Positions 1 to 11,500 of a DNA stretch of 64,000 bases are shown piece by piece. Within the stretch, counting starts at the first letter, position 1. Every line of letters begins with the position of its first letter. The notes under the pieces are model-generated. The model had not been told where the DNA came from. It worked only from the letters and a program-made list of their open reading frames with translations, and searched no databases. The stretch comes from a virus (Duplodnaviria > Caudoviricetes), in the IMG/VR virus record IMGVR_UViG_3300032295_000548, positions 75,447-139,446 of that record. One strand, given 5' to 3'. A program made the position numbers and the translations under genes.

Positions 1-1
1 C

Positions 2-622
2 ATCAATCCATTTGCTGATGCACTTGTAAACGAGATGTGGCCTTTCTTACGTATGCTATGGAAGTGTCGTGGTGGATACGAAGCAGAGATACATTACAAC
101 CCTGATATTGATTTGAAAGAGTTTGGTACACAGTTTGGACCTGGCATGTTTAATGCTGTCTATAAGTTTAAGATTAGTGACAGTGGCAAGTGGGAAGCAG
201 ACTTTGATATGAAGTTTGAACAGATTGATAACCCATTTGATGATAGAGAGCGCCCACCGTTAGGACGTAAAGGTCCGTTCTATGCACAAGATTACTCACG
301 TATGATGAGCAACACGGCACTACGAGCCCGCAAACTTGCAAAGCCTACATGGAGTGACGCTGAAGGTCGTGATGGTCAAGACTTTAGTGATTTGTTGGAC
401 GAAGAAGCAGAATTAAACAAGAATGTAGATTTCAGCTTTGACTATCATTACATTGGTTATGGTAATTGGGGTAACTACAAAGACTTTGAAGTTGCAGTGT
501 CTGATACTTCACGTGAAGTAATTCCTGAGAAGGAAGCAATGTCAGCACTTGATTTTGCTAAACAATCACAACCTATAACTATTTCTGTTGATAGTATCAA
601 ACGCAAGAAAGACAACGCATGA
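2..622 (+). CDS. C-terminal part of a protein truncated by the window start; function unknown
   Basis: The frame is open from base 2 (INPFADALVNEMWPF...), so ATG35 is probably internal; the stop overlaps the next start (ATGA 619-622). Confidence 0.6.
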   Translation: MNPFADALVNEMWPFLRMLWKCRGGYEAEIHYNPDIDLKEFGTQFGPGMFNAVYKFKISDSGKWEADFDMKFEQIDNPFDDRERPPLGRKGPFYAQDYSRMMSNTALRARKLAKPTWSDAEGRDGQDFSDLLDEEAELNKNVDFSFDYHYIGYGNWGNYKDFEVAVSDTSREVIPEKEAMSALDFAKQSQPITISVDSIKRKKDNA

Positions 623-1221
623 AAGAAGTTCAGCAATTTGAAAGAATCATTGCTGACTATTACAATGCTCCATACGCTGTTGCTGTAGATTGCTGTACGC
701 ATGGTATAGAGTTAGCATTACGCTATACTAAGTTTGATAATGTAACATGCCCATCTAACACATATCTAAGCGTTCCTATGACGTTTGAGAAACTAAACTT
801 AGATTGGAGTTTCAATCAACAATATTGGAGTGACTATTATTACATAGGCAACACAAATATCATTGATGCCGCAGTGTATTGGAAGAAGAACGGGTACATA
901 CCCAACACGTTTATGTGCCTTAGCTTTCAATATCGCAAACATTTGAATGTTGGTCGTGGTGGTATGATTCTAGTAGAACATGACTATGAATATGTTGCAC
1001 TAAAGAAAATGAGTTATGATGGTCGTGTACCTGATACTCTCTGGGCCGAACAAGACATAGATATGTTGGGATACCATTACTATATGACCCCAGAGACAGC
1101 AGCCTTAGGTATGATTAGATTCAATGACGTAAAGGATACTGATCCAAAACAATGGTCATATAAAGACTACCCTGACATAAGCAAGATGAAGGTTTTCAAT
1201 GAACAAAATTCAAGTAAGTAA
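619..1221 (+). CDS. Short DegT/DnrJ/EryC1/StrS-family PLP aminotransferase (C-terminally truncated)
   Basis: Motifs DCCTHGIELAL, IIDAA, LSFQYRKHL (PLP Lys), GRGGMIL, GYHYYM; only 200 aa. Confidence 0.8.
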   Translation: MKEVQQFERIIADYYNAPYAVAVDCCTHGIELALRYTKFDNVTCPSNTYLSVPMTFEKLNLDWSFNQQYWSDYYYIGNTNIIDAAVYWKKNGYIPNTFMCLSFQYRKHLNVGRGGMILVEHDYEYVALKKMSYDGRVPDTLWAEQDIDMLGYHYYMTPETAALGMIRFNDVKDTDPKQWSYKDYPDISKMKVFNEQNSSK

Positions 1222-2176
1222 GAATGAGTGGGATCCGCTAAAGAAAGTAATCGTAGGTCTAGCAGACTTTGCACGTATTCCTAATATGGATAAAAGTTTA
1301 CGTACAGTAAACTATAGTCACGTTAAAGATGATAAAGACTTGCCGTCTGGTGGCTTATATCCAGTGCAAGTTATACAAGAAGCGAATGAAGATTTAGATA
1401 GATTATCAGAAGAACTAACCAAACTAGGAGTTGAAGTTGTTCGTCCAATGAATCGCCCCACTGATTACTATAACTATTGTCCTAGAGATTTAGCAACAAT
1501 CATTGATACAAAGGCAATCGTTGCTCCTATGAGTTTGCAGTCACGTAAAGATGATTACAAAAACATTGAGAGTGAATTAAAGAATATCTATTATGTCCCA
1601 AACGATCAAGGTGATAGTAACTATAACTTAGGTAGTATCGGTGACAAAGACACATTAGCATTGCACGAAATTTATCCAAAGTTTGATGCGGCTAATTTGA
1701 TTCGTGCTAACGATGACATACTTTATCTTGTTAGTAACTCCGGTAATCGTAAAGGAGCATATTACTTACAAGAGTTATTAGGTAGTAAGTACAGAGTACA
1801 TCTATTAGAAGGTGTGTATAGTTACATGCACATTGATAGCACTGTTGCGTTCTTGCGTGAGGGCCTGATGCTATTGAACCCTGCTAGAATTCCTGATAAA
1901 AGCATACTACCTGCTCCCTTTAATACATGGGACGCAATCTATGCCCCCGAGCCAGTCGATATCGGTCACTTTCATGGCTTCAACAATGCTAGCCCTTGGG
2001 TTAGTGTCAATCTACTGTCTATCAATCCTAACTTGGTTGTATTAGAAGAACGGCAAACTAACCTAGCAAAAGAATTAAATAAGTACGGAATAGAATCATT
2101 GATGTTACCAATGAGACATGCTAGAACATTGGGCGGGTGCTTTCACTGTGTAACATTGGATTTGGTTAGAGGATAA
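1199..2176 (+). CDS. Amidinotransferase (glycine/inosamine-phosphate amidinotransferase family)
   Basis: NEWDPLKKVIVG, CPRD, FDAA, HIDST and C-terminal GGCFHCVTLDL with the catalytic Cys. Confidence 0.9.
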   Translation: MNKIQVSKNEWDPLKKVIVGLADFARIPNMDKSLRTVNYSHVKDDKDLPSGGLYPVQVIQEANEDLDRLSEELTKLGVEVVRPMNRPTDYYNYCPRDLATIIDTKAIVAPMSLQSRKDDYKNIESELKNIYYVPNDQGDSNYNLGSIGDKDTLALHEIYPKFDAANLIRANDDILYLVSNSGNRKGAYYLQELLGSKYRVHLLEGVYSYMHIDSTVAFLREGLMLLNPARIPDKSILPAPFNTWDAIYAPEPVDIGHFHGFNNASPWVSVNLLSINPNLVVLEERQTNLAKELNKYGIESLMLPMRHARTLGGCFHCVTLDLVRG

Positions 2177-2178
2177 GA

Positions 2179-3954
2179 ATGAAACAAAAATGGACTAGGG
2201 GCCACATCAGTAGATTTTGGAATATAGATGATGTAAAGAAATTAGATTACGTCAGACAACCTATCATGGATTCTGAAATTGAAGAATGGAAAACTAAAGG
2301 CTATGACTATGTAAAAAGTTTTTCAGGGTCTATGTACGACAGTCGTAATCCTATGCCGGAGTGGGTAAAAAGGTTTGACAACATATTTGACTTTAAAAAT
2401 ATGACGTATAATTTTTACAAGATGAGCCAACTAGAAATTATGCCAACTCACGTAGATCACTTTCAAACCTACATGAGGTTATTCAATGTCGAATATGAAA
2501 ATGCAGTACGAATTCTTGTTATGTTGGAAGACTGGAAGCCTGGACATTATTTAGAAGTAGATGGTGTAGGCATTGTCAATTGGGTAGCAGGTGATTACTT
2601 CATGTGGGACAGCGATGTTCCACATGCCGCTAGTAACATTGGCACAGAAGATAGATACACATTACAGATTACAGGTACAAAGATTACCTTTAATGATATT
2701 TCTAGTTTACATTGGTACAACATTCCTGATTTAAAAACTAAAAAAGAATCATTGGATGCACCCATAATGGCTAATATGTATAAGGCCATGAAAAAAACTA
2801 CTCCCTATTACGTCTATATGTACAACAGGGAAATCACAGAACTAGAAAACATCAAGCATGATCCTGAAACTGTAAAAAAGTTAAATGAAACAGGAGTCGA
2901 GATTTATCTATATGAGCCATTGTGTTCTTATAGATCAACCGATACTCAACAGTATCCTCCTCATGGTACAGTTCATTCATTGTTATTTTATAGCGAGTTT
3001 CACTATGACCAAGTCCAACGCAAATTTGATTTACGAGCGGTTGAACTAGACAGTATTGAGAAATACATCGATAACAACGGGTTGAAGAACGTTACTGTAA
3101 AGTCATGTGATTATAATATTCAAAAATTCTACCTATATTATAGAGCAAAAATGCGTTTGGAAGCAGATGATTTGTTTGTCAAGTTTTTTGACATTAATGA
3201 ATTTGAACAACTAGACGACAACAAAACCGGAGACTTTACTAAAAAGTTCATCAACATGAATTGGCGATATGCCCCGCATCGTCAATTAGTGTCAGCTTAT
3301 TTGGCTAACTATGAAGTAGATTCGTATCTAACTTGGTACTTTAAATCCGACATGAGTGTAGTTAGTGTAGAGCCATGGTATAGTATACATCATTGGTTGC
3401 AGAAGAATCCAAATGCATTTCAGAAGATGATTACCGGGTTTAATAAATTGAATTCTAAGTCACCTTGGAACATCGATTTGAAAGTCAAAGAACATACATT
3501 GATATCTCATAGCTACTTCAAAAAAATGTTTCCTGTAGGTATGATATTCGATCACAAACTTCAAAACTTTGGTGATAACAAAGACCGATTGAAAACAGCA
3601 TATGCTGATATTTTTGTTGATATTGTGAACGAATCTAGGTTTGCACAACCTACAGCAAACTACAGTGAAAAAGTTTATAGACCTATGTTCTATAAAAAAC
3701 CATTTGTATTAGTGGCTCCCCCGCATACGTTGCACTATCTCAAAGAACAAGGGTTCGAAACATTTGGTGATTTTTGGGATGAATCATATGATGCACTGGA
3801 AGATCATGAATCCAGACTCTTTGCTATATTTGATATCATAGATCATATCAACAACATGTCAATAGGTGATCTAAAGATTATCTACAATAAAATGTTGCCC
3901 ATTTTAGAACACAATAAAAAGATTTTGTTAGAAAAATGTCCTAGTAGGTACTGA
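2179..3954 (+). CDS. Fusion of an N-terminal cupin/2OG-Fe(II) oxygenase-like domain and a C-terminal GT10-like glycosyltransferase-like domain
   Basis: PTHVD...VPHAASNIG (HxD...H); C-terminal NES...YSEK..RPM...KPFVLV...GFETF..FWDESYD, shared with the 13705 and 14750 ORFs. Confidence 0.6.
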   Translation: MKQKWTRGHISRFWNIDDVKKLDYVRQPIMDSEIEEWKTKGYDYVKSFSGSMYDSRNPMPEWVKRFDNIFDFKNMTYNFYKMSQLEIMPTHVDHFQTYMRLFNVEYENAVRILVMLEDWKPGHYLEVDGVGIVNWVAGDYFMWDSDVPHAASNIGTEDRYTLQITGTKITFNDISSLHWYNIPDLKTKKESLDAPIMANMYKAMKKTTPYYVYMYNREITELENIKHDPETVKKLNETGVEIYLYEPLCSYRSTDTQQYPPHGTVHSLLFYSEFHYDQVQRKFDLRAVELDSIEKYIDNNGLKNVTVKSCDYNIQKFYLYYRAKMRLEADDLFVKFFDINEFEQLDDNKTGDFTKKFINMNWRYAPHRQLVSAYLANYEVDSYLTWYFKSDMSVVSVEPWYSIHHWLQKNPNAFQKMITGFNKLNSKSPWNIDLKVKEHTLISHSYFKKMFPVGMIFDHKLQNFGDNKDRLKTAYADIFVDIVNESRFAQPTANYSEKVYRPMFYKKPFVLVAPPHTLHYLKEQGFETFGDFWDESYDALEDHESRLFAIFDIIDHINNMSIGDLKIIYNKMLPILEHNKKILLEKCPSRY

Positions 3955-3956
3955 GT

Positions 3957-3964
3957 TATAAATA
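3957..3964 (+). promoter_or_regulatory. T4-type late promoter TATAAATA
   Basis: Exact T4 gp55 consensus in the intergenic gap upstream of the carbamoyltransferase/giant-protein operon. Confidence 0.65.
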
Positions 3965-3986
3965 CTTAGGATTTAAAGGGCAAACT

Positions 3987-4085
3987 ATGTTTATTATCAG
4001 ATTTTTCAAAAACTTAATCAAAGAATACAAATACCGCAAGCGCATCAAAGAACTACGTAAACGTGATCCATTTATCTATAAGTGA
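3987..4085 (+). CDS. 32-aa basic peptide MFIIRFFKNLIKEYKYRKRIKELRKRDPFIYK
   Basis: Read from the sequence (below the ORF-track cutoff); AAAGGG upstream; fills the gap between the late promoter and the carbamoyltransferase. Confidence 0.65.
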   Translation: MFIIRFFKNLIKEYKYRKRIKELRKRDPFIYK

Positions 4086-4087
4086 TT

Positions 4088-5566
4088 ATGAACTACGTAG
4101 GAATCAGTAACGGCTTCCACGATGCCGGCATCTCTGTCGTTGGTCCCAATGGTGATATCTTATTTGCAGGTCACAGCGAACGTTATAGCAAGCACAAACA
4201 TGATAAAGACTTGTGCTTGTCCTTAGCACAGGATGCAAAAGCAAATATACAGGGTGAATCTGAGATTCACTACTACGAACGCCCTTTAGTAACAGCATTA
4301 CGTCAGTTACGTGCGGCGCAACCTGTTAAGTTTGAAACAGCAAAATCACGCATTGGTAAAGAAATACTAAAAGAGTTTAATAATCCTAAGGTCGTTACTC
4401 ATGAGCATCACTTGAGCCATGCGGCAGCAGGATTTCAAACAAGCCCATATGACGAAGCTACTGTCGTAATCATTGATGCGATTGGTGAGTTTGATTGTAT
4501 CAGTATTTGGAATGCTTGGTATGACAACAAAGGTTATGCACAATACAAAAAGTTATGGTCTAAAAAATACCCACACAGCATTGGTTTATATTACAGTGCA
4601 ATGACTCAACATGTGGGCCTAAAGCCATTGGACGAAGAATATATTCTAATGGGTATGGCTGCATATGGACAACCCATATACTTCAACAAGATTGAAGGGC
4701 AACTGTTAGAAAGTTCTACTAACTTAGAGTTCAAAGAGAACCTACATATTGGTGTACCTGAAGGATTCTTAGAAGGTGCTAACGAAATGGACGTTGCCGC
4801 AAGCGCACAAGCACTTGTAGAATACCTTATCAACACCGTTATGGGCAAGGCTCGTATGTTAGGTAAGAGTCGTAATTTAGTATATGGTGGTGGTGTAGCA
4901 TTGAATTGTCTTGCTAATAGAAACTTAGGAGACTATTTCAGTGAGATGTGGATTGTTCCTAACCCCGGTGATTGCGGATCAAGCTTAGGTGCAGCCGCAT
5001 TGGGTTACGGTAAGAAATTAAACTGGGTCGATGCTTTCTTAGGACACAACATTCCAGGCAATTATCCCAGTAATCGTATCATTGACGAACTAGTTAAGAC
5101 TAAAATAGTAGGTGTAGCCTCAGGTCGTGCAGAGTTCGGTCCACGTGCATTGGGTAATAGGTCATTGCTTGCAGACCCCAGAGGTGATACAATAAAGGAT
5201 ACTGTAAATGAAATTAAACGCAGACAAAAATTCAGACCATTTGCGCCCATTATTTTGGAGGAGTATGTTCATGATTATTTTGATATGCCTCGTAACTGGC
5301 GTGATAGTAGGTATATGCAAGTCATCGCTACTTGCCGGCATCCTGACTTATTTCCTGCTATCGTTCACGCTGACGGCACTAGTCGGGTACAGACTGTTCC
5401 AAAAGATGGAAGTGGAGTCAGAGAACTCCTAGAAAAGTGGTATGTCTTGACTGGATGTCCTATACTGTTAAACACCTCGCTTAATATCAGAGGCGAGCCA
5501 ATGGTAAATGATAGGTCTGATGCTGATAGATTTGAAACCCTGTACAATGTTAAAGTGATATCGTAA
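4088..5566 (+). CDS. O-carbamoyltransferase (NodU/CmcH/TobZ family)
   Basis: GFHD, ERYS, HHLSHAA, DAIGE, MGMAAYG, GGVALNC, EFGPRALGNRSLLADP, FRPFAP, VHADGTSRVQTV, LLNTSLN. Confidence 0.95.
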   Translation: MNYVGISNGFHDAGISVVGPNGDILFAGHSERYSKHKHDKDLCLSLAQDAKANIQGESEIHYYERPLVTALRQLRAAQPVKFETAKSRIGKEILKEFNNPKVVTHEHHLSHAAAGFQTSPYDEATVVIIDAIGEFDCISIWNAWYDNKGYAQYKKLWSKKYPHSIGLYYSAMTQHVGLKPLDEEYILMGMAAYGQPIYFNKIEGQLLESSTNLEFKENLHIGVPEGFLEGANEMDVAASAQALVEYLINTVMGKARMLGKSRNLVYGGGVALNCLANRNLGDYFSEMWIVPNPGDCGSSLGAAALGYGKKLNWVDAFLGHNIPGNYPSNRIIDELVKTKIVGVASGRAEFGPRALGNRSLLADPRGDTIKDTVNEIKRRQKFRPFAPIILEEYVHDYFDMPRNWRDSRYMQVIATCRHPDLFPAIVHADGTSRVQTVPKDGSGVRELLEKWYVLTGCPILLNTSLNIRGEPMVNDRSDADRFETLYNVKVIS

Positions 5567-8500
5567 ATGCTAAGAGATGTTTTTTATTTCGGAAATAAAC
5601 CTAATGTTCACCCAAGAGAGCAACATGCAACAAGTTTAACAGACGCTAGAAGAAAAGCGTCAACAGAACATTTTTGGATTATTAACGAGTTCTGCGACTA
5701 TACTAATTTTGATTGGGATTTTGATTTTGAATTCCTACCAGACGCAGACGTATGGGCAGAAGAACACAACAACGTATGGCCTAGCTATCATCAAAAGGAT
5801 AGCGGTACATGGCTATGTCCAAAGAAACTAAGTGACGTTATTGTTTATCGTGCAGATGTTGATTCACTGAAACGAAAGAATAGCATCAATGACAACTGGA
5901 AGTTGTTAGATAATATTGATGTTACTAAGTGGGACTTTAGTTGGCATCCTGATCCAAGTGACCCTCCCTACATTTATAAGTGGGGTTCAAAGTATGCACC
6001 TGTTGAATTAAAATCGTGCATTGAATATCATGCTCCGGACGCTACTCAAATAAAATACATGAACACTACAGTAGAATTGCTTCCTAATTGGGATTGCATT
6101 GTAGAGGTTCAGAAAGTAAATTACAATCATTGGGATATGAGTTGGAGACCAGACCCACTCGATCCTCCCTTCATTTACGTATGGGGTAACAAATACATTG
6201 ATGGACGTTTACGTTCAACACTAGAGTATCATGTGCCTGGAGCTACTGAAAAGAAATACATGAATGAGTTAGTACCTGTACTTCCTGAATGGGATCGTTG
6301 GGTACTAATACATGACATTGACAAAACATCATTTGACTTCTCTTGGAGACCAGATCCAAGAGAGCCTGATTTTATATATGTGTTTGGTAATGAACAATAT
6401 GAAGGTGGTGTAATGCCTACGATTGAATATCGTATGCCTGATGCTACTGAGAGAAAATATCTTCATGATATGAAGGCTAGACTTTCTCCTCATCCTGAAA
6501 AATTCGAACACTTAGAGAAAGCAGATAATATTGATTACAGTTGGGTTCCAGACCCAACTGCACCTCCTTATATCTATGTTTGGGGCAATCAATGGAACAA
6601 GCCAGAAGATAAGATTAGTATTCAATACGTAGTTGAAGGTGCAACAGAATACAAATACATGGAAGAACGTTCAAAACGTAAACCATGCATGGATAATTGG
6701 GAAGTACCTGATGATGTTGATACTACTGGATTTGATTTTTCTTGGGAACCTAGTCCTGCTGATCCTGCATACATCTATGAGTTTGGTACTCAGTGGCAAA
6801 AGACAGGTGGACCTCGTTATGTAGTAGAAGGTGCCACAGAAATCAAATATGTAAGTACAATGAAAGTAACTAAGTTAGCAGACAAATCTAAGTTTGCTAT
6901 CTTAGGCAATTTAAAAATTGCTAACTTTGATTATTCATGGCATCCTGACAGCACAGAAGAACCATACATTTATGTCTTTGGTAATAACTTCTATCCGGGC
7001 GAAATTATGCCCACAATTGAATATGCAATGTCAGGCGCTACTAAAATCAAATATGTAGAAAACGCAGTTGCAACATTAGGTATTGATAAAATTAATTGGG
7101 AAGTACCCAACAATGTTGATGCGTCATCGGTAGATTTTAGTTGGAAGCCTAATCCTAAAGACCCTCCCTACATCTATCAGTATGGTACACAACATCAAAA
7201 ATCAGGAGGACCTCGTTACGTAGTTCCTGAGGCAACTGAAGTAAAGTATGTTGATGTAAAAGCTAAAGCACTGCCACAACAAGACAAATTTACAGTGTTA
7301 GATGGTATCGTAGTTGACGAGTTTGATTACTCATGGCATCCAGATGATACCGAAGAAGCGTACATCTATCAATTCGGAAATAATCAGTATCCTGCTGAAA
7401 TTATGCCCACTGTTGAGTATGCAATGCCTGGTGCTACTCAGATCAAATATGTACACGAAGTAGTAGCCAAGCTTGGTGTTGATATGACTAACTGGACAAC
7501 ACCTGATAACATTGATGCTACTGGTTTTGATTATAGTTGGAAGCCAAATCCCAAAGACCCCGCTTATATCTATGAGTTTGGTACTCAATGGCAAAAGACA
7601 GGTGGACCTCGTTACTTAGTAGAGGGCGCTGATGAAGTTAAGTATGTAACTACTCAAAGTGTTAAGGTTTTACCTACAACAGACAACTGGACTATTCCTA
7701 CTAATTGCGATGTAACTGGCTTTGACTTTAGCTGGCATCCAGATGCAACTAGCCCACCGTATATCTATCACTTTGCTACTCAATGGGCATTGACAGGTGG
7801 ACCTGTATATACAATGGATGGTGCTACTGAAATCAAGTACGTAGAACATCCAAGTGCAGTTGCACTTCCTAATCGTGATAACTGGGAAATACCCAAACAC
7901 ATAGATAGTGATGCGTTTGACTTCTCATGGCATCCATACGTAGAAGATCAACCTTACGTTTATATCTTTGGCACACAACATCAAAAGACAGGTGGACCTA
8001 AGTACATAACACCCGGTGTAATACCTACAAGCCCAGTCAAATATATTGACACACGTATCATACGTGCGATACGTAAACCTAGCAAGAAAAACTTTGCAGT
8101 ATTAAACAATTACAAAATTAAAGATTTTGATTGGTCATGGCATCCAGACGAAACCGACGAGCCATACATCTATGTGTTTGGTAATACTCAGTATCCTGCT
8201 GAAATCATGCCGACTATTGAGTACGTAGTTCCTGGAGCAACACAGATTAAGTATGTGACTGATGTTGTAGCAACATTAGACATTGACATGGCAAATTGGG
8301 AAGTTTCTAACAATACAGATGTAAGTAGTTTTGACTTTAGTTGGAAACCTAACCCTAAAGACCCACCTTTCATATATCAATTTGGTACTCAACATCAAAA
8401 GACAGGTGGACCTCGTTACGTAGTGGCTGATGCAGATGAAGTAAAGTATGTGACTACTCAACAAGCAGTAGCACTACCTACTACTGAAAATTGGACTGTG

Positions 8501-11500
8501 CCCAATTATGTAGACACATCAGGATTCGATTTTAGTTGGCATCCAGATGACACAAGCCCTCCATATATCTATCACTTTGCTACTCAGTGGGCACTGACAG
8601 GTGGTCCTGTGTATACAGTACAAGGTGCTAATGAAACAAAGTATTTGGAAGAACCATGTGCAGTTGCTTTGGAGAATAAAGAAAACTGGGAAATACCTAA
8701 AGATATCGATGAAGCTTTATTTGACTTCTCATGGCATCCATACGTGGAAGATCAGCCTTATGTATATGTGTTTGGTACGCAACATCAAAAGACAGGCGGA
8801 CCTAAGTACGTAACACCAGGTGTTATCCCTTCAAGCCCAATCAAATACATTGACACACGTATTCTTAAAGCAGTAAAGAAGCCTAGTAAGAAAAACTTTG
8901 CAATACTGAATAACTACAAGATTAAAGATTTTGATTGGTCATGGCATCCAGACGAAACCGACGAGCCATACATCTATGTGTTTGGTAACAATCAATACTC
9001 GGCTGAGATTATGCCTACGATTGAGTACGTTGTGCCGGGCGCAAAGCAGATCAAATACGTCAGTGATGTTATAGCAACGTTAGATGTTGACATGACTAAC
9101 TGGGAAATTCCCGATAACATTGATGCTGAAGGCTTTGACTTTAGTTGGAAACCTAATCCTAAAGACCCGCCTTTCATATATCAATTTGGTACTCAATGGC
9201 AAAAGACAGGCGGCCCTCGCTATGTTGTGCCAGGTGCTGACGAAGTAAAGTATGTAACTACTCAACAAGTTAAATCATTGTCATCAATGACCAATTGGAC
9301 TATTCCAACGCATATTGATACAACTGGATTTGATTTTAGTTGGCACCCGGATGACACAAGCCCTCCTTATATCTATCACTTTGCCACTCAATGGGCACTG
9401 ACAGGTGGACCTGTATACACTGTTGAGGGTGCAACGGAAACAAAATACTTAGAAGAACCTAGTGCAATTGCATTAGTAAATAAAGAAAATTGGGAAATAC
9501 CTTCTGACATTGATGATAGTGAGTTTGATTTTTCTTGGCATCCATATGTAGAAGATCAGCCTTATGTGTATGTCTTTGGTACTCAATGGCAAAAGACTGG
9601 TGGACCTAAGTACATAACACCTGGTGTTATTCCTTCAAGTCCTATCAAGTATATTGATACACGTATTCTTAAGGCTAAGAAATTGGCTAATAAAAAGAAC
9701 TTTGCCATACTCAATAATTATAAGATTAAAGATTTTGATTGGTCATGGCATCCAGACGAAACTGATGAGCCATATATCTATGTGTTCGGTAACAATCAAT
9801 ACTCGGCTGAGATTATGCCAACTATTGAATATACAGTTCCGGGTGCAAAACAAATCAAGTACGTACATGATGTAGTAGCAACGTTAGATGTTGACATGTC
9901 AAATTGGGAAGTGCCTAAGAATGTAGATTCTACTGGATTTGACTTCAGTTGGAAACCTAACCCTAAAGATCCTGCATATATCTATGAGTTTGGTACTCAG
10001 TGGCAAAAGACAGGTGGCCCTCGCTATGTTGTGCCTGACGCAGAAGAAGTTAAGTACGTATCTACACAACAAGTCAAAGTACTTGCTAATCATGACAATT
10101 GGACTATACCTCCTAACATCGATGTTAGTGATTTTGATTTTAGCTGGCACCCTGATGCTACAAGTCCACCATATATCTATCACTTTGCCACTCAGTGGGC
10201 ATTGAGCGGTGGCCCGATCTACAAGATGGATAAGGCTATTGCTACTAAGTATATGGATCAGCCTGTTGCTAAAGCATTGCCTAATAAAACTAATTGGGAG
10301 ATACCGGATGATATTGATGCAGTAGATTTTGATTTCTCATGGCATCCGTATGTTGAAGATGATCCGTTTGTTTATCAGTTCGGTACTCAATGGCAAAAGA
10401 CAGGTGGACCTCGTTATGTCACACCGGGTGCAAAGAGAAGTTTACCAGTCAAGTACATTGACACTCGTATTCTTAAATCTAAAAAGTTACCTAACAAAGA
10501 TAAGTTTACTGTATTAAACAATTTAACAATTGCATCGTTTGATTGGTCATGGCATCCAGATGAGACTGACGGTGAATTTGTATATGTGTTTGGCAACACA
10601 CAGTATCCTGCTGAAGTTATGCCTACGATTGAATATCGTTCAAGTCCCTACGCAGAAAAGATAAAGTATATCAACGATTTTAAGGCTGTACTAGCAACGG
10701 ATCTTAAGGATTGGGACATACCTACTAACATTGATGTTAGTGAGTTTGATTTTAGTTGGAAACCAAATCCAAATGACCCTCCATTCATTTATCAGTTCGG
10801 TACTCAATGGCAAAAGACAGGAGGCCCTCGTTATAAAGTAGAAGGCGCAACCGAAGTCAAATATGTTGAAGGGTCTAAAGCAAAAGCAATTGCTAGTAAA
10901 AAACAATGGATAGTACCGACAACTATTGATAGTGCAAACTTTGACTACAGTTGGCATCCAGACGAAACTGAAGAACTTTACGTTTATCAATTTGGTACTC
11001 AATGGCAAAAGACAGGTGGCCCTCGTTATATAACGTCTGGATCAACTAGTGATACTCCTGTAAAATACTGTGATGATGTTAAAGCAAGACAATTGCCTAA
11101 CAAAAAGAATTTTAACTGTTTAGTAGAGCATGAGATAAAAGACTTTGACTATTCATGGCATCCAGATGATACTGATAAGCCATACATTTATGTGTTTGGT
11201 AATAAACAGTATTCTGCTGAAATTATGCCTACAATAGAATATAAAGTGGCAGGGGCAGTTCAGGTCAAGTACGTACATGATGTTGTAGCTACACTGAACA
11301 ACAACAAAAAAAACTGGGAGATACCTAAAGATATCACTACTGAGAGTTTTGACTTTAGCTGGTTGCCTCACCCTAAGGATCCTCCTTATGTATATCAATT
11401 TGGTACACAACATCAAAAGACAGGTGGACCTCGTTATGTAGTTCCTACAGCTACTGATATAAAATACATCGATGGCTTGGTTGCTAAACGCAAACAAGCT

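Noticed and set aside
7337-10600. Repeats as a CRISPR array or a DGR template/variable pair
   Set aside because: The repeats are in-frame coding with synonymous divergence; there are no spacers, no evident adenine-specific pattern, and no cas or reverse transcriptase gene in the window
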